From Spartobacteria bacterium (lineage in GTDB: Bacteria > Verrucomicrobiota > Verrucomicrobiia > Chthoniobacterales > Chthoniobacteraceae): a stretch of 28,378 bases of DNA. The translations under genes were made by a program, and so were the position numbers. Each line of letters starts with the position of its first letter. Within the stretch, counting starts at the first letter, position 1. Positions 19,332 through 26,849 of this stretch are shown here, in pieces. A model generated the notes under the pieces. That model did not search any database. It was not told where the DNA came from and worked only from the letters and a program-made list of their open reading frames with translations. Location of the stretch: NCBI GenBank assembly GCA_043760145.1, contig JAYUPM010000360.1, positions 1 through 28,378 of the forward strand, in the 5' to 3' direction.

Positions 19332-19359
19332 ACCGTAACCACGCCCGTAATAACGTCAA
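19332..19359 (-). promoter_or_regulatory. Putative sigma70 promoter/autoregulatory operator of the TA operon (near-leaderless)
   Basis: TTGACG-16 nt-TACGGT, then 6 nt to the ATG. Contains the imperfect palindrome CGTTATTACG and a TTACGG direct repeat at 12-bp spacing. Confidence 0.5.
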
Positions 19360-19396
19360 GCGCGGCGCTGAAGCAACGTTACCTCTCGGGGAGTTT

Positions 19397-19696
19397 AACC
19401 GTGGATAACTCGGATTAACGCGGATGGGGACCACGGAAGCTGCGAAGAAAGCAACCACGAATGGACACGAATAAACACTAATAGGGGAGGCCGAGGGGGC
19501 ATGGGCATTCGACAGAAACATTGGTGACAGAAACATGGGGACAGGGAGAGCGCCGGGAGGATTCTACGTGGCAACGCAGGGAAATTTTCAATCCTCATTT
19601 TTCCATCGCCCCCTCCTTGCGCAAGCGCGTGAGGACGCACGCTCGTCATTCGTCATTTTGGTTTTGTCATTTCCCACACCCTCTGCGTCTCTGCGT
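19397..19696. repeat. Intergenic patchwork of short-period repeat families
   Basis: aaccgtggat/aactcggat/taacgcggat (19397-19425); aaccacgaat/ggacacgaat/aaacactaat (19453-19482); gacagaaacat x2 (19511, 19526); tcgtcat x2 (19643-19656); ctctgcgt x2 (19681-19696). Confidence 0.8.
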
Positions 19697-19741
19697 TAAA
19701 AGTTCCGGGCTCGGCGTTAATCTCTGGGATCTCCCCGTTAT

Positions 19742-19780
19742 AAAACAAAAAACCGCAGCCACCTTTCGATGGCTGCGGTT
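19742..19780 (-). terminator. Rho-independent terminator of the 387-aa/1102-aa unit
   Basis: 11-bp stem AACCGCAGCCA/TGGCTGCGGTT, extendable around a GAAA tetraloop, followed by TTTTGTTTTA on the minus strand. Lies 20 nt after the stop at 19801. Confidence 0.9.
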
Positions 19781-19800
19781 GATTGTGTTTAGGTCGCGGA

Positions 19801-22800
19801 TTACTTCACCGAGACATCGACTGCACCGCTCTCTGCTACTCCTCCCCCAGCAATATAGTGGAAGTAACCAGAGGCCATGTTGGTCTTCTGGTAAGCCACT
19901 CCGGTGAACTTCACGGTTTTCGAGTTGGTCGGATGGATGAAGCTGCCGCTCAGGGCTCCAGTTGTCGCAACGAAGACCGCCTTCGGATTTGCAGCAAATC
20001 CTGTCTCCCCGGTTGTGGCGCCAAGAACGGTTAGCTTGCTCTTAGCGTCAATGCTGACGTCATGGGAGTGCTTGGTGGCAAGGCCGCCATCGATCATCTC
20101 AAGGATGAGATTTGCCGTGGAAGCGCTGATCGCGGCTGTGGCTCCAAGTCCAAGAACCGTGTCCGGGTTGGGCGGAATCGGGACCGTGGCGGTTGGCGCT
20201 TTAGCAACGACGAACTTGGATGCCACGAAGTCGGAGCTGATTCCGTTTGGCCATCCGGATGGGTAGAGGCCAGTGGCGGAACCAGTGTTCGGCTTGAGCC
20301 ATGTCACGACCGATGAGGCGTCTGATTCCAACTGTTGATCATCAAAGGCCACATTGCCGGTGACGAATCCTTTCTTGGCATAGAGCGGGATGAACACGGG
20401 CCACTCGCCATTAACCGAGAGCGCATTGGCATAGGAAATCGCCGATCCGTCGGCCAGTTTACCGACTATCTTCACCACACCACTGGCGGAGACGGTGATC
20501 TGACCAACCCCGGATCCCTGCGGGAATCCTGCCTTGGCAACACCGTTGTTCGGCGCTGCGTTGGCCTGGAAGAGGGCAGTATATTTGCCCTTCTCGTAGT
20601 TCGCATCGAGGACCGCGTTCGGGACATTGCGCAGCGGCAGTTCCGGATAAGGCTTCGATGTGTAGTAGGCGTGATCAGCATTCAGGATCTCCGCAAGCAG
20701 GAGAGCGCCACCGGTTTTGATTGTGCCAGTGATGGTGCTTCCATTCGGGTCAACATTGAGGGCCAGGAGGCCGAGCGAACTGCCGTTCTTGAGCAGGTCC
20801 AGGGTGGTTGTAAACCCTGCGCCGAACCGGACATCACCATTGTTTAGGATCGATCCCTTGAACGGGATGGTAACCCCGCTGAGGGTGATCTTTCCGGTGA
20901 GTGTGCCAGTGGTGGAAACAGTCACGGCAAGGAGACCGTTGTAGTCAAACGGGGCGGCAGATGCCTCCTTTGTAACCAGGCCGTTGTAACTGCCAGCCAG
21001 CAACTTCCGGACATGCACGAAGTTGAAGCTTTGGGTCCCGACAATCCGCTCGGTTCCGAACTGATCGATGACTTTGATGGAGACGACATTCGAGCCTTGC
21101 TCCGGCGTGATGTTGAGGCTCCATGCAAAGTAGTCCCGGTTCTCAGATGGCGTCGCAGTTCCTACAAGGACTCCATTGAGGGTGACTTCCACCCGGTTCA
21201 CACCGTTGGTTGCAGTGGCGATCCCGCTCAGTGTGATGTCATCGAATGCGGTGACCTTGGCGTTAGCTTTCGGGCTGGTTGTCGATCCATTGAGAACTCC
21301 CGGGGCGACGATGCTTACTGTTGCGGTGTCTTGGGCCCCAAGTGAAGCGCCCCCAACAATGTTTCCGAGGGCAATAACGATGGTTTCGTCCATCTCGCCG
21401 ACTGCTGCAGCTTTGATCGTGATATTGAAGCTCTTGGATCCCGTCTCGCCATTGGCCCAGCTAAGGGTTGCTGGTAAACCGGTGTAATCCGATCCCGTCG
21501 TGGCAGTCCCGCCAGTGCTCGTCACATCAACGCTGATTGCTCCGGTCACGCCGTTGGAACGGGCGGCGGTAACTGTCAGTGTCACATCCGCCGCGCCTTC
21601 GAGGATCGGATAGGTCGCCGCTGTAAGCGCAACCGTGCCGGGAATGGTCGGAACGAAATCACTGATCGTCACGGTGGCCGTGGTCGGGGCGATTAATGAT
21701 GTCCCAATTGATACCGAGGAGAGGTTGACTGTGAACTCCCGGCTGCCTTGGTCTCCGAGGCGGTTGGCAATACTGATATCGACTGTCTTGCTCGATTCAC
21801 CCGCAATAAAGCTGACCACAGTTCCCGGAACTGCACTGTAGTCTGTTCCCGCTATCGCCGTCCCATCTCCTGTCGATAGCGTAACCGATGAATTCCCGGT
21901 TAAATTGCCAGTCCTTGATACAGTCGCGACAACCTTGCCGCTCGCCACGTTTTCCACCACAGGATACGTGGCACTCGCAAGGGACACGGCAGTTTCCGCT
22001 TCAAGGACGGTGACTGTCTGAATGTTTGGAACATCAAGTTCAGCTCCGGCTGAAGGGCTGGAAAGTGATACAGTAAACGTCCTGTCGCCCTGCACTCCGG
22101 CACGGTTTGCCACAAGGACATTGACGGTCTTGCTCATCTCACCCGCCCCAAACGCGACAACAGTATTGGTTTGTCCGGTGTAATCAGTGCCAGCAACCGC
22201 AGTTCCATTACCGGTGCTTAGGTTTACCGAAACAGCAGAAGTATCCTCGGTTCGGTTGATAGTAACTGTGACCTGGGCCCCTGTTTCACTTACCGAGGCA
22301 GTTGCCGATGACAAACCAATGATCGCCACTGGAGACGCCGGTGTGAATGTCAGAACCCCGGCGTTATCGATCCCGAATTTTCCGACATATCTGCCGGGCG
22401 CTTGCACGGCGCTCGGCAGCAACCGGTAAAGTTCGAGAACAGATCCCGCAGTCCCACTTGCAAACGTCCCCTCAATGGTCGGATTAAAGTGCGCGAAGCT
22501 GAAGCCCGGGGCCGGTCCTGAATTCACCGTTGTCCCGCCATTCTGGAACGATGCGTAACTATTGGTGTCCGTGGTGTTTTGAATCACCCCAACGGGGCTG
22601 TTGACCGTGGAGTTATTGGCTGTCGCCGTTCCTGATTGTGTCTTATATGCGCCCGCTAAAGAGCTCATCTTCGCGGTTGCCGCTGTTTGCGCTGACTCAC
22701 TCCGGCGCGTCCAGCGCGCATCCAAAGCGTTTTGGGATGCCGGCACTGTCCTGACTCTCGTTGCGTATAGCGTCTTGGCGGGATCGGCCCCCACTCCCGC

Positions 22801-23109
22801 AAAGTTGCCTGTCGCCCCGGAGATACTCCAGAACACATCAGCCCGGCTATTCCATGTTGCACTGAAGGTTGCACTTAGGTCAGCTTGAATCGCCCCAAGT
22901 CCAGGAACCGTAAATGAACCTCCCCCGGCTGTGTAGAGCGATGCCTGCCCGATGTTCACCAAATAATCCTGGGCTGCGCCAGTTCCGCCAGTTGCACGGA
23001 AGCCGAGCAACAAATCTCCGTTTGCATAGGAAACAGGGGTCTGGGCGTAAAGCGTGGGTGACAGCAGGCCCCCCAATGCTGTCAAAGCCATTATTGTAAA
23101 TCGTTTCAT
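19801..23109 (-). CDS. Secreted multidomain surface protein: N-terminal verrucomicrobial domain, 3 Calx-beta repeats, Ig-like domain, ~400-aa uncharacterised C-terminal domain
   Basis: Signal MKRFTIMALTALGGLLSPTLYA. Calx-beta motifs GTAVAGTDY, GTAIAGTDY, GTATTGSDY. Ig-like TSPKANAKV...ITLSGIATATNGVNRVEVTLNG. Thr/Gly/Ala-rich. Confidence 0.88.
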   Translation of the reverse strand: MKRFTIMALTALGGLLSPTLYAQTPVSYANGDLLLGFRATGGTGAAQDYLVNIGQASLYTAGGGSFTVPGLGAIQADLSATFSATWNSRADVFWSISGATGNFAGVGADPAKTLYATRVRTVPASQNALDARWTRRSESAQTAATAKMSSLAGAYKTQSGTATANNSTVNSPVGVIQNTTDTNSYASFQNGGTTVNSGPAPGFSFAHFNPTIEGTFASGTAGSVLELYRLLPSAVQAPGRYVGKFGIDNAGVLTFTPASPVAIIGLSSATASVSETGAQVTVTINRTEDTSAVSVNLSTGNGTAVAGTDYTGQTNTVVAFGAGEMSKTVNVLVANRAGVQGDRTFTVSLSSPSAGAELDVPNIQTVTVLEAETAVSLASATYPVVENVASGKVVATVSRTGNLTGNSSVTLSTGDGTAIAGTDYSAVPGTVVSFIAGESSKTVDISIANRLGDQGSREFTVNLSSVSIGTSLIAPTTATVTISDFVPTIPGTVALTAATYPILEGAADVTLTVTAARSNGVTGAISVDVTSTGGTATTGSDYTGLPATLSWANGETGSKSFNITIKAAAVGEMDETIVIALGNIVGGASLGAQDTATVSIVAPGVLNGSTTSPKANAKVTAFDDITLSGIATATNGVNRVEVTLNGVLVGTATPSENRDYFAWSLNITPEQGSNVVSIKVIDQFGTERIVGTQSFNFVHVRKLLAGSYNGLVTKEASAAPFDYNGLLAVTVSTTGTLTGKITLSGVTIPFKGSILNNGDVRFGAGFTTTLDLLKNGSSLGLLALNVDPNGSTITGTIKTGGALLLAEILNADHAYYTSKPYPELPLRNVPNAVLDANYEKGKYTALFQANAAPNNGVAKAGFPQGSGVGQITVSASGVVKIVGKLADGSAISYANALSVNGEWPVFIPLYAKKGFVTGNVAFDDQQLESDASSVVTWLKPNTGSATGLYPSGWPNGISSDFVASKFVVAKAPTATVPIPPNPDTVLGLGATAAISASTANLILEMIDGGLATKHSHDVSIDAKSKLTVLGATTGETGFAANPKAVFVATTGALSGSFIHPTNSKTVKFTGVAYQKTNMASGYFHYIAGGGVAESGAVDVSVK

Positions 23110-23129
23110 AGATGTCGTAGGTCGGGGTC

Positions 23130-24293
23130 TTAGTAGTTCGGGGTAATCAGCGCCCCGTCACCGGCGCGGGAGACAGTCATGGTGCTTAGGAGGATCGGTG
23201 AATCAACTGTCCGGATCTGAGTGGCCAGAGCGTCTGCAACGGACTTTTTGGCAGCAGCTAGGGATGGCAAATACATCAAGTGTTCATAACACCAGAAGGT
23301 GTATTGACCGTTCTGGACCGCCGCGAGTGAGTATGTCGTCCCGCCGTATGTCAGTTCCTTGGCACCACCAGCAATCGCGTTGTCAGCATCGTTGGTTCCC
23401 ATGTAGCTGATGTAATATCCGTTGATCCCGGCAAGCGTGGTTTTCTTCAAGTTATCCCGAAGGGTGTTTCCGCTTGTCTCGCCGCTCTGCCCAACGCCAA
23501 CCGGAATTCCGGTTGTTGTCGTGCCCGCTGGATAGGGCGCATGCCCCGTTACAGTCGAGCCGGATGTCGTGGGCTTATACTGAAGAACTGTCGAGAATAC
23601 TCCGATGCCCGATTCGGCAAAGGTCGTCAGGCGTGTGCCGGAATCCGGGTCGCGCCCTGTCGCGAACACGGAAATGGTCTGGTCTGCAGGATTGTTAGTA
23701 AAAACTGCGAGTGGGATCTGGCCGGTTGACCACAGCGCCTGCGCCAATTGCTGGGTGATGTTGTTCAATCCCGCTGGAGCCCCGTTGCTTGCGACAAACT
23801 TAAACCCAATCACACCCACTACCGTGTCTGTCATGACCGGGGAGGCGAACGCGGTCGAAGCTTGATAGTTATCGGTCATCGCCACTTCAGCCACCAACGC
23901 CACTGTGCCGGTTGCCGCAATCGAAGTTCCGCCGGTAAGGGTAGTGCCGCTCGCTGTCACAGCGCTTGCTGCGGTGAATTCAGCATCGGCGATTGTAAGG
24001 ACCGTTGCACTCTGGGACACACTCTTGGTCCCGCCAACTGCCCCTGACCATGATGTCTTAAATGTTACTGTGTCTGCCCCGATTGTTCCGCGGATTATCG
24101 CAAATGAACTGGAGCCTAGATCAGTTCCTTTATAAACCGCTGTCGGGCTTGTTAGAATCTTACTGATCGACAGATTGGTTTGTGCCCGGAATGCCGTTGA
24201 TCCTGTGATGACGACATCAACATTGGCGGCAAACGCCGAACCGCAAAGAGCAAGGGTGATCGAGCCCGCGAGGATTGTAAAATAAGGTTTCAT
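23130..24293 (-). CDS. Secreted PstS/DING-like (periplasmic binding protein type II fold) protein, 387 aa
   Basis: Signal ...GSAFA/ANVDVVITGSTAFR. Motifs line up in order with PstS phosphate-site segments: GSTAF (GATFP), WSGAVGG (GSSGG), AMTD (GASD), GRDPDSGTR (RADGSGT). No lipobox. Confidence 0.7.
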   Translation of the reverse strand: MKPYFTILAGSITLALCGSAFAANVDVVITGSTAFRAQTNLSISKILTSPTAVYKGTDLGSSSFAIIRGTIGADTVTFKTSWSGAVGGTKSVSQSATVLTIADAEFTAASAVTASGTTLTGGTSIAATGTVALVAEVAMTDNYQASTAFASPVMTDTVVGVIGFKFVASNGAPAGLNNITQQLAQALWSTGQIPLAVFTNNPADQTISVFATGRDPDSGTRLTTFAESGIGVFSTVLQYKPTTSGSTVTGHAPYPAGTTTTGIPVGVGQSGETSGNTLRDNLKKTTLAGINGYYISYMGTNDADNAIAGGAKELTYGGTTYSLAAVQNGQYTFWCYEHLMYLPSLAAAKKSVADALATQIRTVDSPILLSTMTVSRAGDGALITPNY

Positions 24294-24445
24294 TGTATTA
24301 ATGGTGGTGTCTGCCTGTTAGTTGTTAGAAGTAACGAGTGTGTGTTGGTCTGAGTTTGGGTGGTCCTGTAAGGTTGTTTGCGCCGCCAGTTTCCATTACT
24401 TTCCACGAGTCTCAACCAGAGTATTGTTACGATTACCCGCCGAGT

Positions 24446-24463
24446 ATGGCGAACATGTGACAG
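24446..24463 (-). promoter_or_regulatory. Second Pho-box-like site upstream of the PstS-like gene
   Basis: The minus strand reads CTGTCAC-atgt-TCGCCAT (18 bp, 7-4-7, first half-site perfect), about 150 nt upstream of ATG 24293. It is followed by an AC-rich leader lacking a Shine-Dalgarno sequence. Confidence 0.45.
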
Positions 24464-24511
24464 ATACGCCGCCGCTGCCGCGCTCGGACAAAAGTTGATG
24501 TGTATCATCGC

Positions 24512-24697
24512 CATTTCCTCCAGCCACTGGTTGGCATTGGCGCCATCATGCCACGGGAGGCGCCAGTCATTGGAATGATCCATCAACGCATGACAAAACT
24601 CATGGGCGAATTGCTGTGCATACTGGGCCAGGTAAGTTTTTTCCGTGCATAGCCCAAAGCGCTTCGCGATGGGCACGCTGAACAGATACCATGGGAC
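24512..24697 (-). pseudogene. N-terminal-side fragment of a putative HExxH metallopeptidase
   Basis: PWYLF...LCTEKTYLAQYAQQFAHEFCHALMDH...NQWLEE. An in-frame stop lies immediately upstream (24698-24700), and similarity ends abruptly after WLEE. Confidence 0.65.
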
Positions 24698-24738
24698 TTA
24701 TAAGTTGAATTCGCGCCTGCTCCATCGCACTAAAGCGC

Positions 24739-26001
24739 ATGCGTTGTCTCCCCTCCTTTGTCGGTGCGGTTTTCGCCGCCACTTTTCCGGCCCTCATTTA
24801 TGCGGGGGAAACGGAGTGGCCCCAGTTCCGCGGACCCGGTGGCGAAGGGCATTCGGCTGCTGCGAATGTGCCCATCAAATGGAGCGCGACTGAGAATATC
24901 GCGTGGAAAACCGCGGTGCCCGGGCATGGCTGGTCATCGCCGGTTCTTTCCAGGGGCCGCCTTTATCTAACCAGCGCAGTCAGTGCCACAGCGGGTGCCG
25001 AACCGACTCTGCGCGCCATCTGCCTCGATGCGGAGACGGGCCGAATTGTATGGGATGTGGAAGCGATTCAACCGGCGCCGGCGATAGCTGCAGCGATGCA
25101 CAGGAAGAACTCGCTGGCCAGTTGCACCCCGCTGATTTCAGGCAACCGGATTTACGTGCATTTCGGGCATATGGGGACAGCCGCCCTGGATTTGACGGGC
25201 AAAGTGATTTGGCGGCAGGTCGGGCTTGCGTATCCCCCGGTGCATGGAACGGGCAGCACGCCGGTTCTTGCAGGTGATACACTGATCTTCAGCGCCGATG
25301 GCGGCAAAGACCCGTTCCTTGCTGGACTCGATGCCGCAACCGGCGCGATTCACTGGAAAACGTCGCGCAATTCTCCCGCAAAAAAACAGTTCTCTTTTTC
25401 AACACCGCTCGTCATTCCAGTCGGGGGCGGCACCCAATTAATCAGCCCGGGCAGCGGGTTTGTTGGCGGATACAATCCGGTCGATGGCCGCGAGCTTTGG
25501 CGGGCGGCTTACGGTGAAGGGTATTCAGTCGTGCCGCGGCCGGTCTTTGCCCATGGCTTGCTTTTTGTGAGCTCCGGATTCGATGTCCCGGTTGTGCATG
25601 CGATCAAGCCCGAGGGTGCCTCCGGCGATGTCACGGCGACTCATGTGGCATGGACCATTCGCAAGGGAGCCCCGTGCACCCCTTCAATGCTGGTCGTCGG
25701 CGATGAACTCTACTTCGTATCCGATGGCGGCATCGCCACTTGCGCGGATGCCCGCACCGGCACAGTTCATTGGACCGAACGATTGGGCGGCGATTTTTCG
25801 GCATCCCCGTTCGTTGCCGAGGGGCGGATTTATTTTCAAAATGAAACCGGCGTGGGTCATGTGATCAAGGCGGGCAAAAGCTTCCAGCTTCTTGCCACAA
25901 ACGATCTTGGCGAACGCACCCTGGCCTCGGCTGCGGTCCAGGACGGGGCGCTATTTATCCGATCCGAATCGCATCTCTGGAGGATTGGCGGGGGGAAATG
26001 A
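24739..26001 (+). CDS. PQQ-binding-like beta-propeller repeat protein (PVC-expanded BamB-like family)
   Basis: Signal peptide then WPQFRGPGGEG, IAWKTAVPGHGWSSPV, and repeated A(L/A)DAxTG+xxW blades. Confidence 0.92.
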   Translation: MRCLPSFVGAVFAATFPALIYAGETEWPQFRGPGGEGHSAAANVPIKWSATENIAWKTAVPGHGWSSPVLSRGRLYLTSAVSATAGAEPTLRAICLDAETGRIVWDVEAIQPAPAIAAAMHRKNSLASCTPLISGNRIYVHFGHMGTAALDLTGKVIWRQVGLAYPPVHGTGSTPVLAGDTLIFSADGGKDPFLAGLDAATGAIHWKTSRNSPAKKQFSFSTPLVIPVGGGTQLISPGSGFVGGYNPVDGRELWRAAYGEGYSVVPRPVFAHGLLFVSSGFDVPVVHAIKPEGASGDVTATHVAWTIRKGAPCTPSMLVVGDELYFVSDGGIATCADARTGTVHWTERLGGDFSASPFVAEGRIYFQNETGVGHVIKAGKSFQLLATNDLGERTLASAAVQDGALFIRSESHLWRIGGGK

Positions 26002-26013
26002 CGAACCGACATT

Positions 26014-26197
26014 GAACCGCTGATTTTAATCGGAAGCGGGGCTTTGTTAACCCCGAATGAACGCTAATGGACGCGAATGCTGGACGGAATCAAACAGAGG
26101 CAGATCAAAAATGTCGGCTCCGATGCCCATACCTTTATTCGCGTTCATTAGCGTTCATTCGCGGTTTCTTTTCCTCCCCGGGTTTAATCAGCGGTTC
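26014..26197. repeat. Nested palindromic repeat element, copy 1
   Basis: 12-bp terminal IR GAACCGCTGATT/AATCAGCGGTTC enclosing a ~30-bp IR (aaccccgaatgaacgctaatggacgcgaat ... attcgcgttcattagcgttcattcgcggtt). Confidence 0.9.
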
Positions 26198-26206
26198 GCT
26201 TATCGC

Positions 26207-26387
26207 ACCGCTGATTTATTCGGAAGAGGGGCTTTGTTAACCGCGAATGAACGCAAATGGACGCGAATGCCGGACGGAATCAAACAGAGGCGGATCGAAA
26301 ATAACGGTTCCAGTCCCCACGCCTTTATTCGCGTTCATTAGCGTCCATTCGCGGTTACTTTTTCCCTCCCGGCTTTACTCAGCGGTT
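26207..26387. repeat. Nested palindromic repeat element, copy 2 (tandem, 191-bp period)
   Basis: Diverged copy of 26016-26196 with the same outer ACCGCTGA/TCAGCGGT ends and an inner IR matching 27/30. Confidence 0.9.
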
Positions 26388-26547
26388 CCCTGGTTTCGTC
26401 ATTGAACAAAAGCGGGGCGGGGACCTCGAAAATCGGACGGGGGCGGCATCAGAGGAGTGGGCGTCAAGGAAAAGGATGGGAGGCCCCTGAAAAAACAACC
26501 CTAATAACTTGTTGATTGAGCGTTCGTATCCGTTTAGTAAGCCCGGC

Positions 26548-26826
26548 ATGCCCAAAGCCGAAAAGACTCCCCGTAAACCGAACGCCGCGCTGATGAAACC
26601 TGTTCAGCCCGACGAAAAGCTCGCCCTCATCGTTGGATCCACACCACTTCCCCGCAGCGAAATGACCAAAAAGCTGTGGGACTACATCAAGAAAAACAAG
26701 CTTCAGAACGAGAAGAAGCGCACGCTTATCGATGCCGATGCGGCATTGGAAGCGGTCTTCAATGGTAAGAAGCAAGTGAGTATGTTCGAGATGACCAAGT
26801 TGGTCTCCGGACATCTTAAATCGTAG
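26548..26826 (+). CDS. SWIB/MDM2 domain-containing protein, 92 aa
   Basis: ALMKPVQPDEKLALIVG...PRSEMTKKLWDYIKKNKLQ...VSMFEMTKLVSGHL. ATG 26548 preferred over the TTG at 26509. Confidence 0.93.
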   Translation: MPKAEKTPRKPNAALMKPVQPDEKLALIVGSTPLPRSEMTKKLWDYIKKNKLQNEKKRTLIDADAALEAVFNGKKQVSMFEMTKLVSGHLKS

Positions 26827-26849
26827 AAGCAGAACGCGACGCCCGCTCG

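Noticed and set aside
18670-24468. CGTATCTGT (18670) / ACAGATACG (24460) as terminal inverted repeats of the inserted block
   Set aside because: Only 9 bp and asymmetric to the inferred junctions (about 67 vs 44 nt), so plausibly chance.
24290-24511. C-terminal half of the 128-aa track ORF 24290-24676
   Set aside because: Read-through into the promoter/leader of the PstS-like gene; only the HExxH part looks protein-like.
26057-26341. 94-aa ORF MNANGRE..., and ORFs over 19309-19907
   Set aside because: Translations of palindromic or short repeats.
26014-26387. Possible CRISPR array
   Set aside because: Only two long units with similar rather than unique interiors, and no cas genes.
26512-26540. 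TTGATT-17-TAGTAA promoter for the SWIB gene
   Set aside because: The -10 lacks the conserved final T; too weak to call.
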